DNA of 39,853 bases from Chiloscyllium plagiosum (lineage: Eukaryota). Made by a program: the position numbers and the translations under genes. The notes under the pieces were generated by a model. That model made no database searches, was not told where the DNA came from, and was given only the letters and a program-made list of their open reading frames with translations. Below are positions 1 through 11,047 of the stretch, piece by piece. The stretch is from contig NW_025214154.1 of the NCBI RefSeq assembly GCF_004010195.1, forward strand, positions 1 to 39,853. Direction: 5' to 3'. Positions within the stretch are counted from its first letter, which is position 1. Each line of letters starts with the position of its first letter.

Positions 1-1
1 C

Positions 2-1975
2 TCAGCAGCCGCTCGCAGCCCTGGCCAGGGCATTCGCAACACAGTCAGGGTGACTGTGAAGAAGGTGGAGGAGCGGTCGATCGGACGGTGTTTGTGAAGA
101 AGATTTTGCTGGAGTGCTGCGGGTTTGAAGCAGTGGACGTGTACTTCCTGCAGGATTTCCCTGCGGCAGGCTATTTCGATGTGACCTTCAGGAGCTGCTC
201 GCAATTCTTCACGCTCCTGAAGGTCTTCAAGGAGAAGGAAGGGGAATCTCTGTTCTCCATTTTGTCGGCGGTCCCATTGTGTGTGCTTCCTGCGTAAAGG
301 AGTTGGGTTGTAACAATCCAGATGTACAACTCTCACGTCCCAGCAGCAGATGTCCCGACCTTCTTGAGAAGATATGTCCAGGTCGAGGGAGAGAGTACCG
401 ATGTGGTCGATCCTTTCGGGATCTGGACCAGCAAACAACAGGTCAGGGTAACCCTGAGGGTCGATGCCAGTGGGAACATCCTCCACCCACCCTCCAGCTT
501 TGCCATCGGAGGAAGCAGAGGTTACCTGACATACGCAGGGCAGCCAAAAGTGTGCCGAACCTGCGGGAGGTCAGGCCACATGGCGGCGGATTGTAAGGTG
601 ACCGTCTGCCGAAACTGCAAGCAGGAAGGCCACCCGACCAAGGAAAGTAAGGAGGCCAAAACTGTAATCTGTGCGGAGAGGCGGGCCACATCTACAAGGC
701 CTGCCGAAGACGAGGGGCCGCCACTTACGCACAGATGGCTGGAGAATTGTGAGCAGCTCCTGAAGGTCTTCAAGGAGAAGGAAGAGGAGCTGCTGTTCTC
801 CATCTTGTCGGCGGTCCCGTTGTGTGTGCTTCCTGCGCAGAGGAGTCGGGTGGTTACAATCCATATGTACAACCCCCATGTCCCAGCAGCTGATGTTCTG
901 ACCTTCCTGAGAAGATACGTCCAGGTTGAGGGAGAAAGCACTGATGTGGTCGACCCTTTCGGGATCTGGACCAGCAAACGGCAGGTCAGGATAAATCTGA
1001 GGGTCGATGCCAGTGGGAACATCCTCCATCCACCCTCCAGCTTTGCAATCGGAGGGAGCAGAGGGTACCTGACGTACGCAGGGCAGCCAAAAGTGTGCTG
1101 AACCTGCGGGAGGTCAGGCCACATGGAGGCGGACTGTAAGGTCACTATCTGTTGGAACTACAAGCAGGAGGGTCACCCAACCAAGGAATGCAAAGAGGCC
1201 AAGAACTGTAATCTGTGCGGAGAGGTGGGCCACATGTACAAGGCCTGCCCAAGATGAGGGGCCGCCACCTACACACAGATGGCCAGAGGTGGCAATGTGA
1301 GCTGTGGACTGCCAAAGGCCAGCAAGCTACCACAAACCAGCAGGGGAACGGTGTCTGAGGGCACCCAAAAGGAAGGGGCAGAGCAGGCGGCAGCCAGTGG
1401 GGAGGTGCAGCAGCCAATCCAAGCTCCCACATGTCAGACGGACGAAATGGAGGAGGAGCAAACCAAGCAGGCAGAAGACTGGATTCGTGTAAAAAACAGG
1501 ATGAGGAAATCTGGCCAGGCCCCCAAAGCCCCCCAGCAAAGGGGGAAACGACACCTGCGTGAGGAGGATACGGGCAGCTCTTCAGATGGTGAGAACTGGT
1601 GTAAGGAGGGTCGTCACCAGAGGAAGAGACAGAGTGCAGCACCCCCAAACAGGAAATGACAAACCCTCTGAGGGGGCTGGTAAAAGCACCCCCCACCTGG
1701 TGAGAACCAAGAAATACCCACCACCCAAAAGCTCCAGGTAACTGGGAGCAGCGATCCACTGACAGCCCTGCTGTCAGACAGAGAATGGGACTGTGCGAAC
1801 CCTGGGCCCTACCTGAAGACACCAGAGCAGGGAAATGCCTGCAGCGTGAAGCCAGACAGCTACCTCAGCCCTGCGAGTGTCCAGCAGTTCGCGTTCACCA
1901 CAGGAATGCAGATAGCTACCCCAGAGAGGCTGGACCAGCAGCAAGTGAACACTGGTAACCTCATAAATGGTTAAA
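2..1975 (+). pseudogene. Tx1 ORF1 (RRM-like plus CCHC zinc knuckles, ZCCHC3-like), disrupted and internally duplicated
   Basis: Translations include FLQDFPAAGYFDVTF, RVVTIHMYNPHVPAADVLTFLRRY, GIWTSKRQV, GQPKVCRTCGRSGHMAADC and CRNCKQEGH, followed by a low-complexity C-terminus. In-frame stops at 295-297 and 1099-1101. Confidence 0.85.
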
Positions 1976-2660
1976 ATGGGAATAAAAATTGCCAGTATTA
2001 ATGTGCATAGCATTAATTCTGCTACGCGATGTGTCTCTACGTTGGCCTTCCTGCAGCAGCCCCAACGGGTAAGAGTGAACGGTTGGCCATCCTGCAGCAG
2101 CTTCCACTGTTGCTGGCTATGTCCAGGCTGGACATTCTGGCCAGAGACTTCAACTGTATCATTGATGCAGATGGACGATCCGGTTGGGGGGACAGTAAAC
2201 TGGACACCACGTCCAGAGTCCTGATGGAAACGGTCAAAGATGCCAAGCTGCACGATGTCTTCAGCACCCCTGCAGATGGAGCGCAGCATAGATACACCTG
2301 GTCACGGGCAGACGGGTCTATCCGCTCAAGGATAGATTACCTGTTTGTGTCCCGAACGCTCTCGGTCAGATCCACCGACGTCAAGCCGGTGTTCTTCTCT
2401 GACCACTGCCTCCTGCTGGCCGACTGTCACCTACAGGACGAGCAGCGGCTGGTAAGGGAACGTGGAAGCTGAATACACAGCTGTTGACCCCGGGAAACAT
2501 TGAGGAGCTCAAGAGGGACTACGCAGGTTGGAGAACCGTGAAGCCCCTCTTTGAGCCCCCAGCGGACTGGTGGGAAACACTAAAAGGGAACATCAAGAGA
2601 TTCTTCATCCTCAAAGGTGTTCAGGCGGCAAGAAAGAGAGGCAGGGAAACTGTTCCACAA
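1976..2660 (+). pseudogene. Tx1 ORF2 N-terminus: APE-type endonuclease with internal deletion, plus linker
   Basis: MGIKIASINV start, then DFNC, YTW, SRIDYLFVS, FFSDH, WKLN and WWETLKGNIKRFF motifs across frames. Confidence 0.88.
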
Positions 2661-2669
2661 CTCCACTTT

Positions 2670-3358
2670 CTTTTTTTTTATTTCAAAATGTACTTTATTC
2701 ATAGAAATAAATCTTTGATACTTGTACAATTTGTCATGTCGTTCATAGATATATACATTGCGTGTCTTAAACATTACAAAGAACAGATTGAATTACTCGA
2801 ATTTACAGTTATCCTATTTACAGTTCCCTTTATTAACCATCCAGTAAATTGACATATGCAGGGCATCTCTTGTTATTTAGCTGTGGCTTCAGCAGAACCC
2901 ACCTACTGAGTGGGTGCCCTGTTATACAATAGCAAATGAACCTTTTTTAATCCCAGTTTATGGGGTTACCGTTGTCCATTTGACTGTCCTGTCTCTGGGG
3001 TAGCTGTCTGCATCCCCATAGTGAGCACGAACTGCTGGACCCTCGCTGGGCTGAGGTAGCTATTCAGGCTCTCACTGGGGTCATTTACCTGCTCTGGAGT
3101 CATTGAGCCAAGGCAAGGGTCCGCACTGTCCAGTTCTGTGTCTGACAATGGGACTGTCAGAGGATCGCAGCTCTCAGTTGTCTGTGGTTGTGGGGCAGTG
3201 GGTACCCCCTGGTTCTCACCAGGTGGAAGGTGGACTTCGGGGGGTCCGTTGTTTCCTGGTTGGGAGGAAATGCCCTCCTCTTTATCTACGGTGCTCTGTC
3301 TCTTCTTCTGGTGGTGATGACATTCTGTGCGCCCGTCTCCCCCATCCGAAGAGCTGGC
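2670..3358 (-). mobile_element. 5'-truncated, ORF2-less Tx1 derivative (ORF1 C-terminus + 3'UTR + poly(A)) inserted antisense into the host Tx1
   Basis: On the minus strand an ORF ending SYLSPARVQQFVLTMGMQTATPE matches host ORF1 SYLSPASVQQFAFTTGMQIATPE (~1855-1925). It is followed by 3'UTR blocks matching host 5400-5450 and 5525-5600, AATAAA and an A-run (T-run at 2671-2679 on +). Confidence 0.85.
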
Positions 3359-5381
3359 CGGGAAGCGACGGCTTACCGGTCGAGCTCTATTCCACTGTGT
3401 GGGACTTGATTGTGGCCAGGACCTGCTGGAGGTGTATGTCAGTATGCTTCGGGCAGGTACCGTGAGTGAATCCATGAGGAAAGGCATCATCACCCTCATC
3501 TACAAGCGGAAGGGGGAGAGGGAGGTTCTCAGAAATTGGAGACCAATCTCACTATTGAATGCGGATTACAAAATCTTGGCAAATATCATCGCCAACTGTG
3601 TCAGGTCTGCTCTGGGGTCGGTGATTCACCCTGACCAAACCTGTGCTGTGCCGGGCAGGAAGATCACTGAGAGTCTCGCACTCCTCAGGGATACGATTGC
3701 CTAGTGCTGGACAGAGGGTTGGACACCTGCCTCATCAGCCTGGACCAGGAGAAAGTCTTTGACAGGATAACATACACGTATATGAGAGATGTTCTCTCCA
3801 AAATGGGCTTTGTGGAGGGAATCTGCAATTGGATCAGACTGCTCTACACCAACATTGTCAGTGCAGTCTCAATCAATGGGTGGGAATCAGATAGCTTCCC
3901 AGTCAGATCTGGAGTCAGGCAGGGCTGCCCTCTCTCTCCTGCCTTGTTCATGTGCTGCATAGAGCCATTTGCCGAGTCCATCAGGAAAGATGCGAGCCTG
4001 AGAGGGGTGACTATTCCTGGCTGTGGGGGCCTGCAGGTTAAAGGCTCCCTGTACGTGGATGACATCGCCATTTTCTGCTCGGATCCGCTGTCCGTGCGCA
4101 GACTCATGTGCATATGTGACCAGTTCGAATGGGCCTTGGGGGCCAAGGTAAACCGAGGAAAGAGCAAGGCCATGCTCTTCGGGAACTGAGCCGACCAATC
4201 CTCCATCCCCTTCATCGTCAGGACTGACCACCTGAAGGTGCTGGGTATTTGGTTTGGAGGGGCTGGGGCGTGCGCCAAGTCTTGGGGGGAGAGTATCAAG
4301 AAAGTGAGGCAGAAACTGGGCAGATGGAAGCTATGGTCGCTCTCCTACGCGGGTAAAAACCTGGTCATCAGGTGTGAGGCACTGTCAGTGTTGTTGTATG
4401 TGGCACAGGTCTGGCTTATTCCCAGGACCTGTGCCATTGCAGTCACCCGGGCCATCTTCCATTTCATATGGAGATCAAAGATGGACCGGGTCCGAAGGGA
4501 CTCGATGTACAAAGCTCTGGGCAACATGGAAAAAAACACACCAATGCCACCCTCAGCCCGATAGCCACCTTTGTGTGTGGCTGCATCAAGCTGAGCGTGG
4601 ATCCCCGGTACGCAAACACAAAGTATCACTACGTACTGAGGTTCTACCTGTCCCCGGTGTTGCGAAGGATGGGCCTGGTTTCGCTGCCGCGCAATGCTCT
4701 AAGTAGTTGGACCGTTCCGTATCACCTGTCCTTTGTAGAGAAATTTATGAAGAAAAACACCCTTGACCACAAGTCCATCAGGAAGTGTCAGCACGTAGTG
4801 TCCTTGAGACTCTTTGGGAAAAGGAGAGGGCGGATCCTATCGAGCGGTCCCCTGAGCAGACTGTCAAAGTCATTTGGCAGAATGCCTCATCGCCAGAACT
4901 TTCCAACAAGCACCAAGACATGGCTTGGCTGGTGGTGAGAAGGGCTCTGCCTGTGAGATCCTTTATGCACGCCCGGACTCTCAGCCGCACCGCACGCTGC
5001 CCTCGAAGGGGCTGCGGGGGGGACGAGACTGTCACACACCTCCTTCTGGAATGTGCCTATGCAGAAGAAGTCTGGGGAGGAATGCAGTGGTGTTTGTCGA
5101 GGTTCGTCCCGAGCAGCTCCGTGACGTGAGACTCCGTGCTCTACGGCCTGTTCCCTGGGACGCACACCGAGACGAACATCATCTGTGCCTGGAGGATCAT
5201 CAACTCAGTCAAAGATGCTCTTTTGTCTGTCCAAAACCTGTTGATCTTCCAGCTGAAGGAGTTGACCCCGACTGAGTGTTGCAGAGTTGCACATTTCAAG
5301 GTCCAGGACTACATGTTGAGGGACGCGCTGAAGGTTGGGGCAGCTGCCGCCAAGGCACAGTTGGAAAAGACCATCGTGTAA
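3359..5381 (+). pseudogene. Tx1 ORF2 reverse transcriptase and C-terminal zinc finger, frameshifted
   Basis: PGSDGLPVELY, NWRPISLLNADYKILA, SLDQEKVFDR, GVRQGCPLSP, LYVDD (~4049-4063) and CPRRGCGGDETVTHLLLEC motifs; stop codon ends at 5381. Confidence 0.92.
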
Positions 5382-5600
5382 CGTCTGCCTGCCTAAGAAT
5401 AGGAGGCCCACGCAGTAAGTGGGCTCCACTGACGCCTCAGCTAAATATATGGATGGTAAACATACAGACTTGTATATATGAATGACTAATTCCAATCTCT
5501 GTATGTAAAGAAATGCAAGGTGTGCCTATGAATGACACCACCAATTGTACAGATCATCAAAATATTTATGAATAAAGTATATTTTTGAAATTAAAAAAAA

Positions 5601-6120
5601 GGACATTGATGGGTTAGATAGAGAAAAACTTTACCCCATTGTAGAGATGTCAATAACCAGTTTTATGGTAAGGAGCAGGGGGTTCAGAGGGAATTTGAAG
5701 AAAGATTTTATTCATCCAGAGGGTGGACCTCGCTGCCTGAAAAGGGTGGTAGAGGCATGAACCCTCAAGAAACTTAAGAAGTGGAAGGGGAAAAATTTAA
5801 AAGGGACTTATAAGGGGCAACGTTTTCATGCAGAGAGTGGTGCAGGAATGGAATAAGCTGCCAGAGGAAGTGGTAGAGGCTGGTACAGTTACAACATTTT
5901 AAAGACATCTGGATGACTACATAAATAAGAAGGGTTTGGAAGGATATGGGCTAAATGTTGGCAAATCAGACTAGATTAAGCTGGATGGGTTGGACCAAAG
6001 GGTCTGTTCCTATGCTGTACAACCCCACGACTCTACAACTCTAAGTATATAACTGAGCACTTCAAGTACCACAGCATACCTGGAATACAGGATGGAAAAG
6101 GGTCTTGAACAGATTCTTGT
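5601..6120 (+). mobile_element. Nested CR1/HER1-type LINE 3' fragments
   Basis: Typical CR1 3' ORF2/UTR sequence (tggaataagctgccagaggaagtggtagaggc...ggatgggttggaccaaagggtctgtt) with an actcta-type tail at ~6030-6043, lying within an older CR1 end. Confidence 0.75.
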
Positions 6121-6421
6121 TTGATGACCATTAAGAGCCCAATTAACCAAAGGGTGGCCTTCCATGTTGTAAAAACACTATGATTTTTCATGCTTGACAG
6201 CTGATCATTCCTTTCCCTAACTGAGTCAGAAAGTTCTTGGTCATATCCCACTCACTCTCAAAGCAAGGAGAATGTTTGCCACAGAGTTCAGTCCATAAGA
6301 ACCTTCTTGTGGAATCCTTCAACATGGGGGTGGAGTGCTGCTACACTGCAGCTAAAAAGGATTCTGCCTCACCAGGATTCTTGCATTAAAAGGATTTGCA
6401 AGTTGACAGTCAACCTGTTTG

Positions 6422-6704
6422 TTGCAGTGGGAGAGGGACTCCCTGAGATTCTTGTAGAGAGAGGAGGAAAACTTCTTCAAGGCAGGCATCCTTGCAAGAG
6501 GATTCGCAGTAGGGTTAAAATCAACGAGGTAAAAACAATGACTGCAGATGCTGGAAACCCCACCCCAACCCTCCTCTAGCTTATGTCTCCACACTTCAGG
6601 CTCACTGCCTTTATTCCTGATGAAGGGCTTTTGCCCGAAACGTCGATTTCGAAGCTCCTTGGATGCTGCCTGAACTGCTGTGCTCTTCCAGCACCACTAA
6701 TCCG
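6422..6704. mobile_element. Penelope-like element fragment: inverted 5' piece plus pseudo-LTR piece, with TSD
   Basis: 6558-6704 matches the pLTR at 12230-12360. 6422-6557 is the adjacent terminal region in reverse orientation. Flanked by GTCAACCTGTTTG (6409-6421) and GTCAACTTGTTTG (6705-6717). Confidence 0.75.
6613..6648 (+). ncRNA. Minimal type I hammerhead ribozyme motif (PLE-associated), intact core
   Basis: CTGATGA (6617-6623), A, GGGC-TTTT-GCCC stem II, GAAA (6637-6640), CGTC: palindromic helix III with a GUC cleavage triplet. Confidence 0.8.
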
Positions 6705-6984
6705 GTCAACTTGTTTGGCATTCTGTGGCCATCAAGATGTGGAATGCAGCTTAAATTCAAAGAATCTGGTTCAAATGTAGGAACTCAACTGTTGCTCTAC
6801 AAGATCTCCTCAATTCCCACTGCAGGAATTTTAGCACATAATCAAGGCTAAAAAATCCAGTTAGTAAGGACTGAATGCTGGACCCTGGGGGTATTCCATC
6901 ATTCAGATGAGATGTTAAACTGAGATCTGTCTCCTGTCTGTGTAACTATCAAAAATCTATAGTACTATTCTGATAGAGACTGGG

Positions 6985-7185
6985 AAAATTCTGAAATGAA
7001 AGCAGAGAATGCCAGAAAAAGTTTGCAGGTCTGGCAGCATCTAGTGAGAGAGAGAAACAGATTAAACATTTCAAGTCCGATGTGACTCTTCTTCAGAATG
7101 TTCCAATGGACTCGAAACATTAAATCTGTTTCTTTTTCCTCAGATCCTGTCAGAACATCCAGCACTTTCTGTTTGTATTTCTTAT
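6985..7185. mobile_element. Older second PLE-type terminal fragment in fold-back arrangement
   Basis: ~6995-7078 is an imperfect inverted repeat of ~7108-7180. It contains a hammerhead-like core on the minus strand. A related tail occurs at ~18940-18995. Confidence 0.6.
7062..7099 (-). ncRNA. Degenerate hammerhead motif, second family
   Basis: Minus strand reads CTGAAGA-A-GAGTC-ACATCG-GACTT-GAAA-TGTT. The partial plus-strand copy at ~7108-7121 reads GGACTCGAAACATT. Confidence 0.6.
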
Positions 7186-9239
7186 TCCCAGAACCATAGA
7201 TTTTTGCTTGTTATAACAGGGACATGCCACCTTCTATCTCAGATAAGATTCATCATTCAACCAACCAGCAACATGCAAGCATTGTCCTGAGTATCAAATG
7301 ATTGTGTATGGGATCTTGCCATGCTCTCGTTAGCTAATGTGATCATAGCAAGCACCTGCATTTCAAAAGTACCTCATTGGTTGTAAAGTGCTTTGAGACA
7401 TTCTGAGGTCTTGGTAAGTAATACACAGCGCTTTCTTTCTATAAGTGCCCTTCCCATCCATTGTGTTGTAACTTATAATTGGGGTCTTAGAAAAGGTGTC
7501 AAACTGTCTGGATTCAACTGTGCACAGACTGGGATCAAACCTGGAGGCTCAGTTTCACTCTGAGATGTGCAATTGTTAACAGAGCCAGCTGGACTGAGCA
7601 GCACTGCAACTTTAACAGAAAGTACAGGTTCTTTCCAAATTAGTCATCCAATTATATGGATTGTCTAAATTTGTTCACATTGACTAAATTGCTGCTATTT
7701 CCATTATTTTGTTCTCCAGCCTCATTGCTACATTCCTGCACTCAGTTAACCTGTTATTGTTTTGCCTGGATAGCAAATATGTGACTGACAAACCCCTGTG
7801 AATTTTGCTTTGATTAACTCAACTGCACTGTACTATGTTTGAAATTTACTTTTCTCCATTCTCCTCACCAACCCCAGTTCTCATTTATTCTCTCCTCATC
7901 CTTTCAGTCTCGCTAATCACAAAACACGGGTGCTGACATGACCTATGTGCTGGCCTGAACCAATATGTATGTTATAATACCTTCTCAGTTGCAGGTAGGT
8001 TTTGATTATCACAGGTACATAACAAGTAGGAGCAGGAGCAGGCTATTCAGCCCCTTGAATGCTCCATCATTCAAAGAGAACATAACTAATCTAATTGTAA
8101 TCCTAATTTCACACTCCTGTTCACCCTACAGAATTCCCTTGTCGATCAACAGATCAAATATTTGCCTGAATAGCCCCCCATGGCAGAGCTTCGGCACATA
8201 ATCTACACTTACATACTGTACAAAGGGACACTTTGGTATCCCAATGGCACTATATGAAGCAAGTTAATGTTGCAGTTATTGAACCTCTGAGTCACGTTAC
8301 CTTGGAATACAGTATCCGTAAGAATGCTCTCTGCACGTTTGTAATTCTGAAATCACATTGCTGAAGGCAATTAACTCCACATACACAGTTCTGGATCACT
8401 GTACAAATCTGAATTTTTATTGAAGGTGAAGGTTTCATCCTCATGGTTGTTTCTTTGTAAGTACCTTCTACTCTTTTAGATTGTATCCAGTTGATATCCA
8501 TTGATGGCTAGTCATAATTTTGTAGGCAACAAAATACATTTGGAATTGCTCTAGACTATTGCCGTGTCCAGGCACATGATGCAAATGCCAAAGCAATGAT
8601 GTCGGAAGCCTTTCTATAACTTCCAGTCGACTTACTCAGTATAGAAGTGACAAAAGTCAAAAGTGCATGTTAGCTGATAATAACCGAACAGCAAATTAAT
8701 AATACAGATAACTTTTGAAAGTTCAAGTGAACATGAAAGGAAGAGTACATTCATTGCTCTACCTAGAGAGAGGGAGTTAAAACAATAATGGTCCTAACTG
8801 TGGGAGCTCCAGCTACCTTAATGTCATACTGCATTTCCCAACTGGAGAAAGAGCAGCTTTCATTTCCAGTAGTGTGTTATTTAAGTGTGTTGGGAATCTA
8901 TGTTTGCCCTACTCTGACTGTTTATTTTACTATGTAAATTTAAGATAGATACACAGCACCCGAGAGAGCAGAGACATTTTATTTTTTTCTCTGAGAAGGG
9001 TAAATATTTTAAATTTCAAGATACCTTTCTCTACAATTATACTATTGATGGCTACTTAGTAAAGAAAGAAGCTGCAGCCAGTCTTTACTTGAAATAGATT
9101 AATTCACAGAATGAAACATTACTGGTATATATCTCTGCTCCTGTGTCAGTATGTATCTCTATATATCTGCTCAAGTGACTATCCAATCAATGTGCTATAC
9201 GCGTACATAATTAACGTCAAGTGACACAGTTACAGTTTT

Positions 9240-9700
9240 CAGGAATCCTTTCTCCACTCAGAGGGTGGGGAGAATGTGGAACACACTACCTGGAATGGTA
9301 GTTGAGGCCAGAAACCTTTTAAAAAGTATTTGGATGAGCACTTGAGATGTCATAACATTCAAGGTTATGGGCCTAGTGCAGGACAGTAAGACTAGTGTGG
9401 GTATTAATATATTTTTGGTGGTACAGATGTGATGAGTCAAATGGCTTCCTGTACTGTATGATTCTATGAGCTTGCAACCCATAAAGCCCTAGGTAGGCGA
9501 TTTATTTTATCAAATAGAATTAACCAGTTCCACATTATGGCTAAGCACTATGGATGCATACAGCGTGAATGATTTCAAAGCGGGAACTGGACATTAACTT
9601 GAGGATGAGCAAATTACAGTTACAAGAAAGGCTGCTCTTGAGACTGTAAGAACATGCTTGATGGGCCAAATGGCATAATTCTGTAATGTAAATCTCTATG
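9240..9700 (+). mobile_element. Two old CR1-type 3' end fragments
   Basis: cactcagagggtggggagaatgtggaacacactacctgga...atggcttcctgtactgtatgattctatga, and a second end near 9650-9700. Confidence 0.6.
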
Positions 9701-10019
9701 TTTCCACAAAACTTGTGTCAAACTGGATAACTGACAGCCAGAAGAATGAACATTTATCAAGTACCTTTAAGTAAAGAAAATGTGCTCCACAGAAGTGATA
9801 TTAGACATTAATTGACATGAAGGGGAGTTAGGCCAACTGAAGAACTGTCAAGTGCATCTAGAATACTATCTACACCCTAACAATTGGATTGTATCTGATT
9901 CAGCACATGCTGAGTGTGGATATTGAGGATTAATTTGAATGGGGCTGCTTTTCATTATCTCAGATGAATCTCCCTAACCATGCAGGAGCTTCTGCAGAGG
10001 AAGGACCAACAAGAGTGAT

Positions 10020-10655
10020 CATGAATTGTTTCAGGAGATGCAAGTGTCACTGGCAGGGGCAGTGTTTTTTGCTCATCCTTAATTGCCCTTGAGAAGGTGG
10101 TCTTGAGCTGCCTTGTTGAGCCTCTGAAGGCTGTATGGTGAATGTACATGGACAGTGCTGTTAGAGAGGAAGTTCTGGGATCTTGACTCAACAACAGTGT
10201 AGGGTATGATTCCAAATCAGGATGGTATGTGGCTTGGAGCCAAAACTTCCAGTGGTGCTGTTCCTGTTACGTATTTTCTATCCTTGACCTTCAAGATGGT
10301 AGAGGTCACAGGATTCGAAGGTGCTTTTGAAGGACCCTTGGCAAGCTGCTATAGTGCGTTTTCAGAATGGTACATCCCTCCTAACACAGTGTGGAGGGAG
10401 TGAATGTGTAACTTAGTGGATAGGTTGCTGAGTAAGCTGGCTGCTCTGTCCTGGATGGTGTCGAGCTTCTTGAGAGTCATTGGAACTGCATTCAGCCAGG
10501 CAGCTGGAGACCATTCTATCTTACTGTTGTCTTGTGTCTTGTAGATGGTGGACAGACATGGGGAATCAGTAGGTGAGTGACACACCTCAGGACTCCTAGG
10601 CTGTTCCAGCACTTGTAACCACTGTATTGATTAGCCAATCCAGTTCTGTTTCTGG
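10020..10655 (-). mobile_element. CR1-group LINE (second family) ORF2 C-terminus and 3' end; resumes at 12362-~12500 after the PLE insertion
   Basis: Minus ORF IYKTQDNSKIEWSPAAWLNAVPMTLKKLDTIQDRAASLL resembles a post-RT LINE region. Related sequence occurs at 17345-17720 (-), 18380-18680 (+) and ~34200-34440. Confidence 0.65.
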
Positions 10656-10724
10656 GCAAAAGTGAGGACTGCAGAGTTTAGATCAGAAAGCACAGCAGGT
10701 CAGGTAGCATCCGAGGAGCAGGAA

Positions 10725-10760
10725 AAGCGACGTTTTGGGCAAAAGCCCTTCATCAGGAAT
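10725..10760 (-). ncRNA. Hammerhead motif with GAAA mutated to AAAA (probably inactive)
   Basis: Minus strand reads ATTC-CTGATGA-A-GGGC-TTTT-GCCC-AAAA-CGTC. Confidence 0.65.
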
Positions 10761-11047
10761 AGAGGCAGGAAGCGTCCAGAGTGGAGAGATAAATGGGGGG
10801 TGGGGAGGTTGGGGGCTGGGGAGAAGGTAGCAAAGAGTACAATAGGTGAATGGGGGTGGAGATGGACGTGATAGGTCAGAGAGGAGGGTGAGGGAAGGTA
10901 GCAAAGAGTACAATAGGAGAATGGGGGTGGGGATGGAGGTGATAGGTCAAAGGGGATGGCGGAGTGGATAGGTGGAAAGGAAGATAGGCAGGTAGTACAA
11001 GTTAATGAGGAAACTGGTGAAGTCCACATTGATGCCCTGGGGTTGAA

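Larger units (their letters stand above)
1..5600 (+). mobile_element. Tx1-clade (L1 group) non-LTR retrotransposon, decayed, 5' end probably at or just beyond the window edge
   Basis: Order is gag-like zinc-knuckle ORF1, APE endonuclease, RT, C-terminal CCHC finger, 3'UTR, AATAAA (5571-5576) and A-tail (5593-5600). Many stops and frameshifts. Confidence 0.93.
6885..7440 (+). mobile_element. DeuSINE (SacSINE1/AmnSINE1-like) relic interrupted by the PLE fragment
   Basis: cagatgagatgttaaactgag block at ~6904-6925; tail cattggttgtaaagtgctttgagacattctgaggtc...ctttctttct at 7376-7440. Confidence 0.6.

Noticed and set aside
88..1101. Host gene ZCCHC3-like
   Set aside because: It has stops and frameshifts and is directly followed by APE-RT and a poly(A) tail, so it is retrotransposon ORF1.
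5593..5640. Sequence-specific Tx1 target (snRNA, tRNA or microsatellite)
   Set aside because: The 3' flank is a CR1 relic, and the 5' flank and TSD are outside the window, so specificity cannot be assessed.
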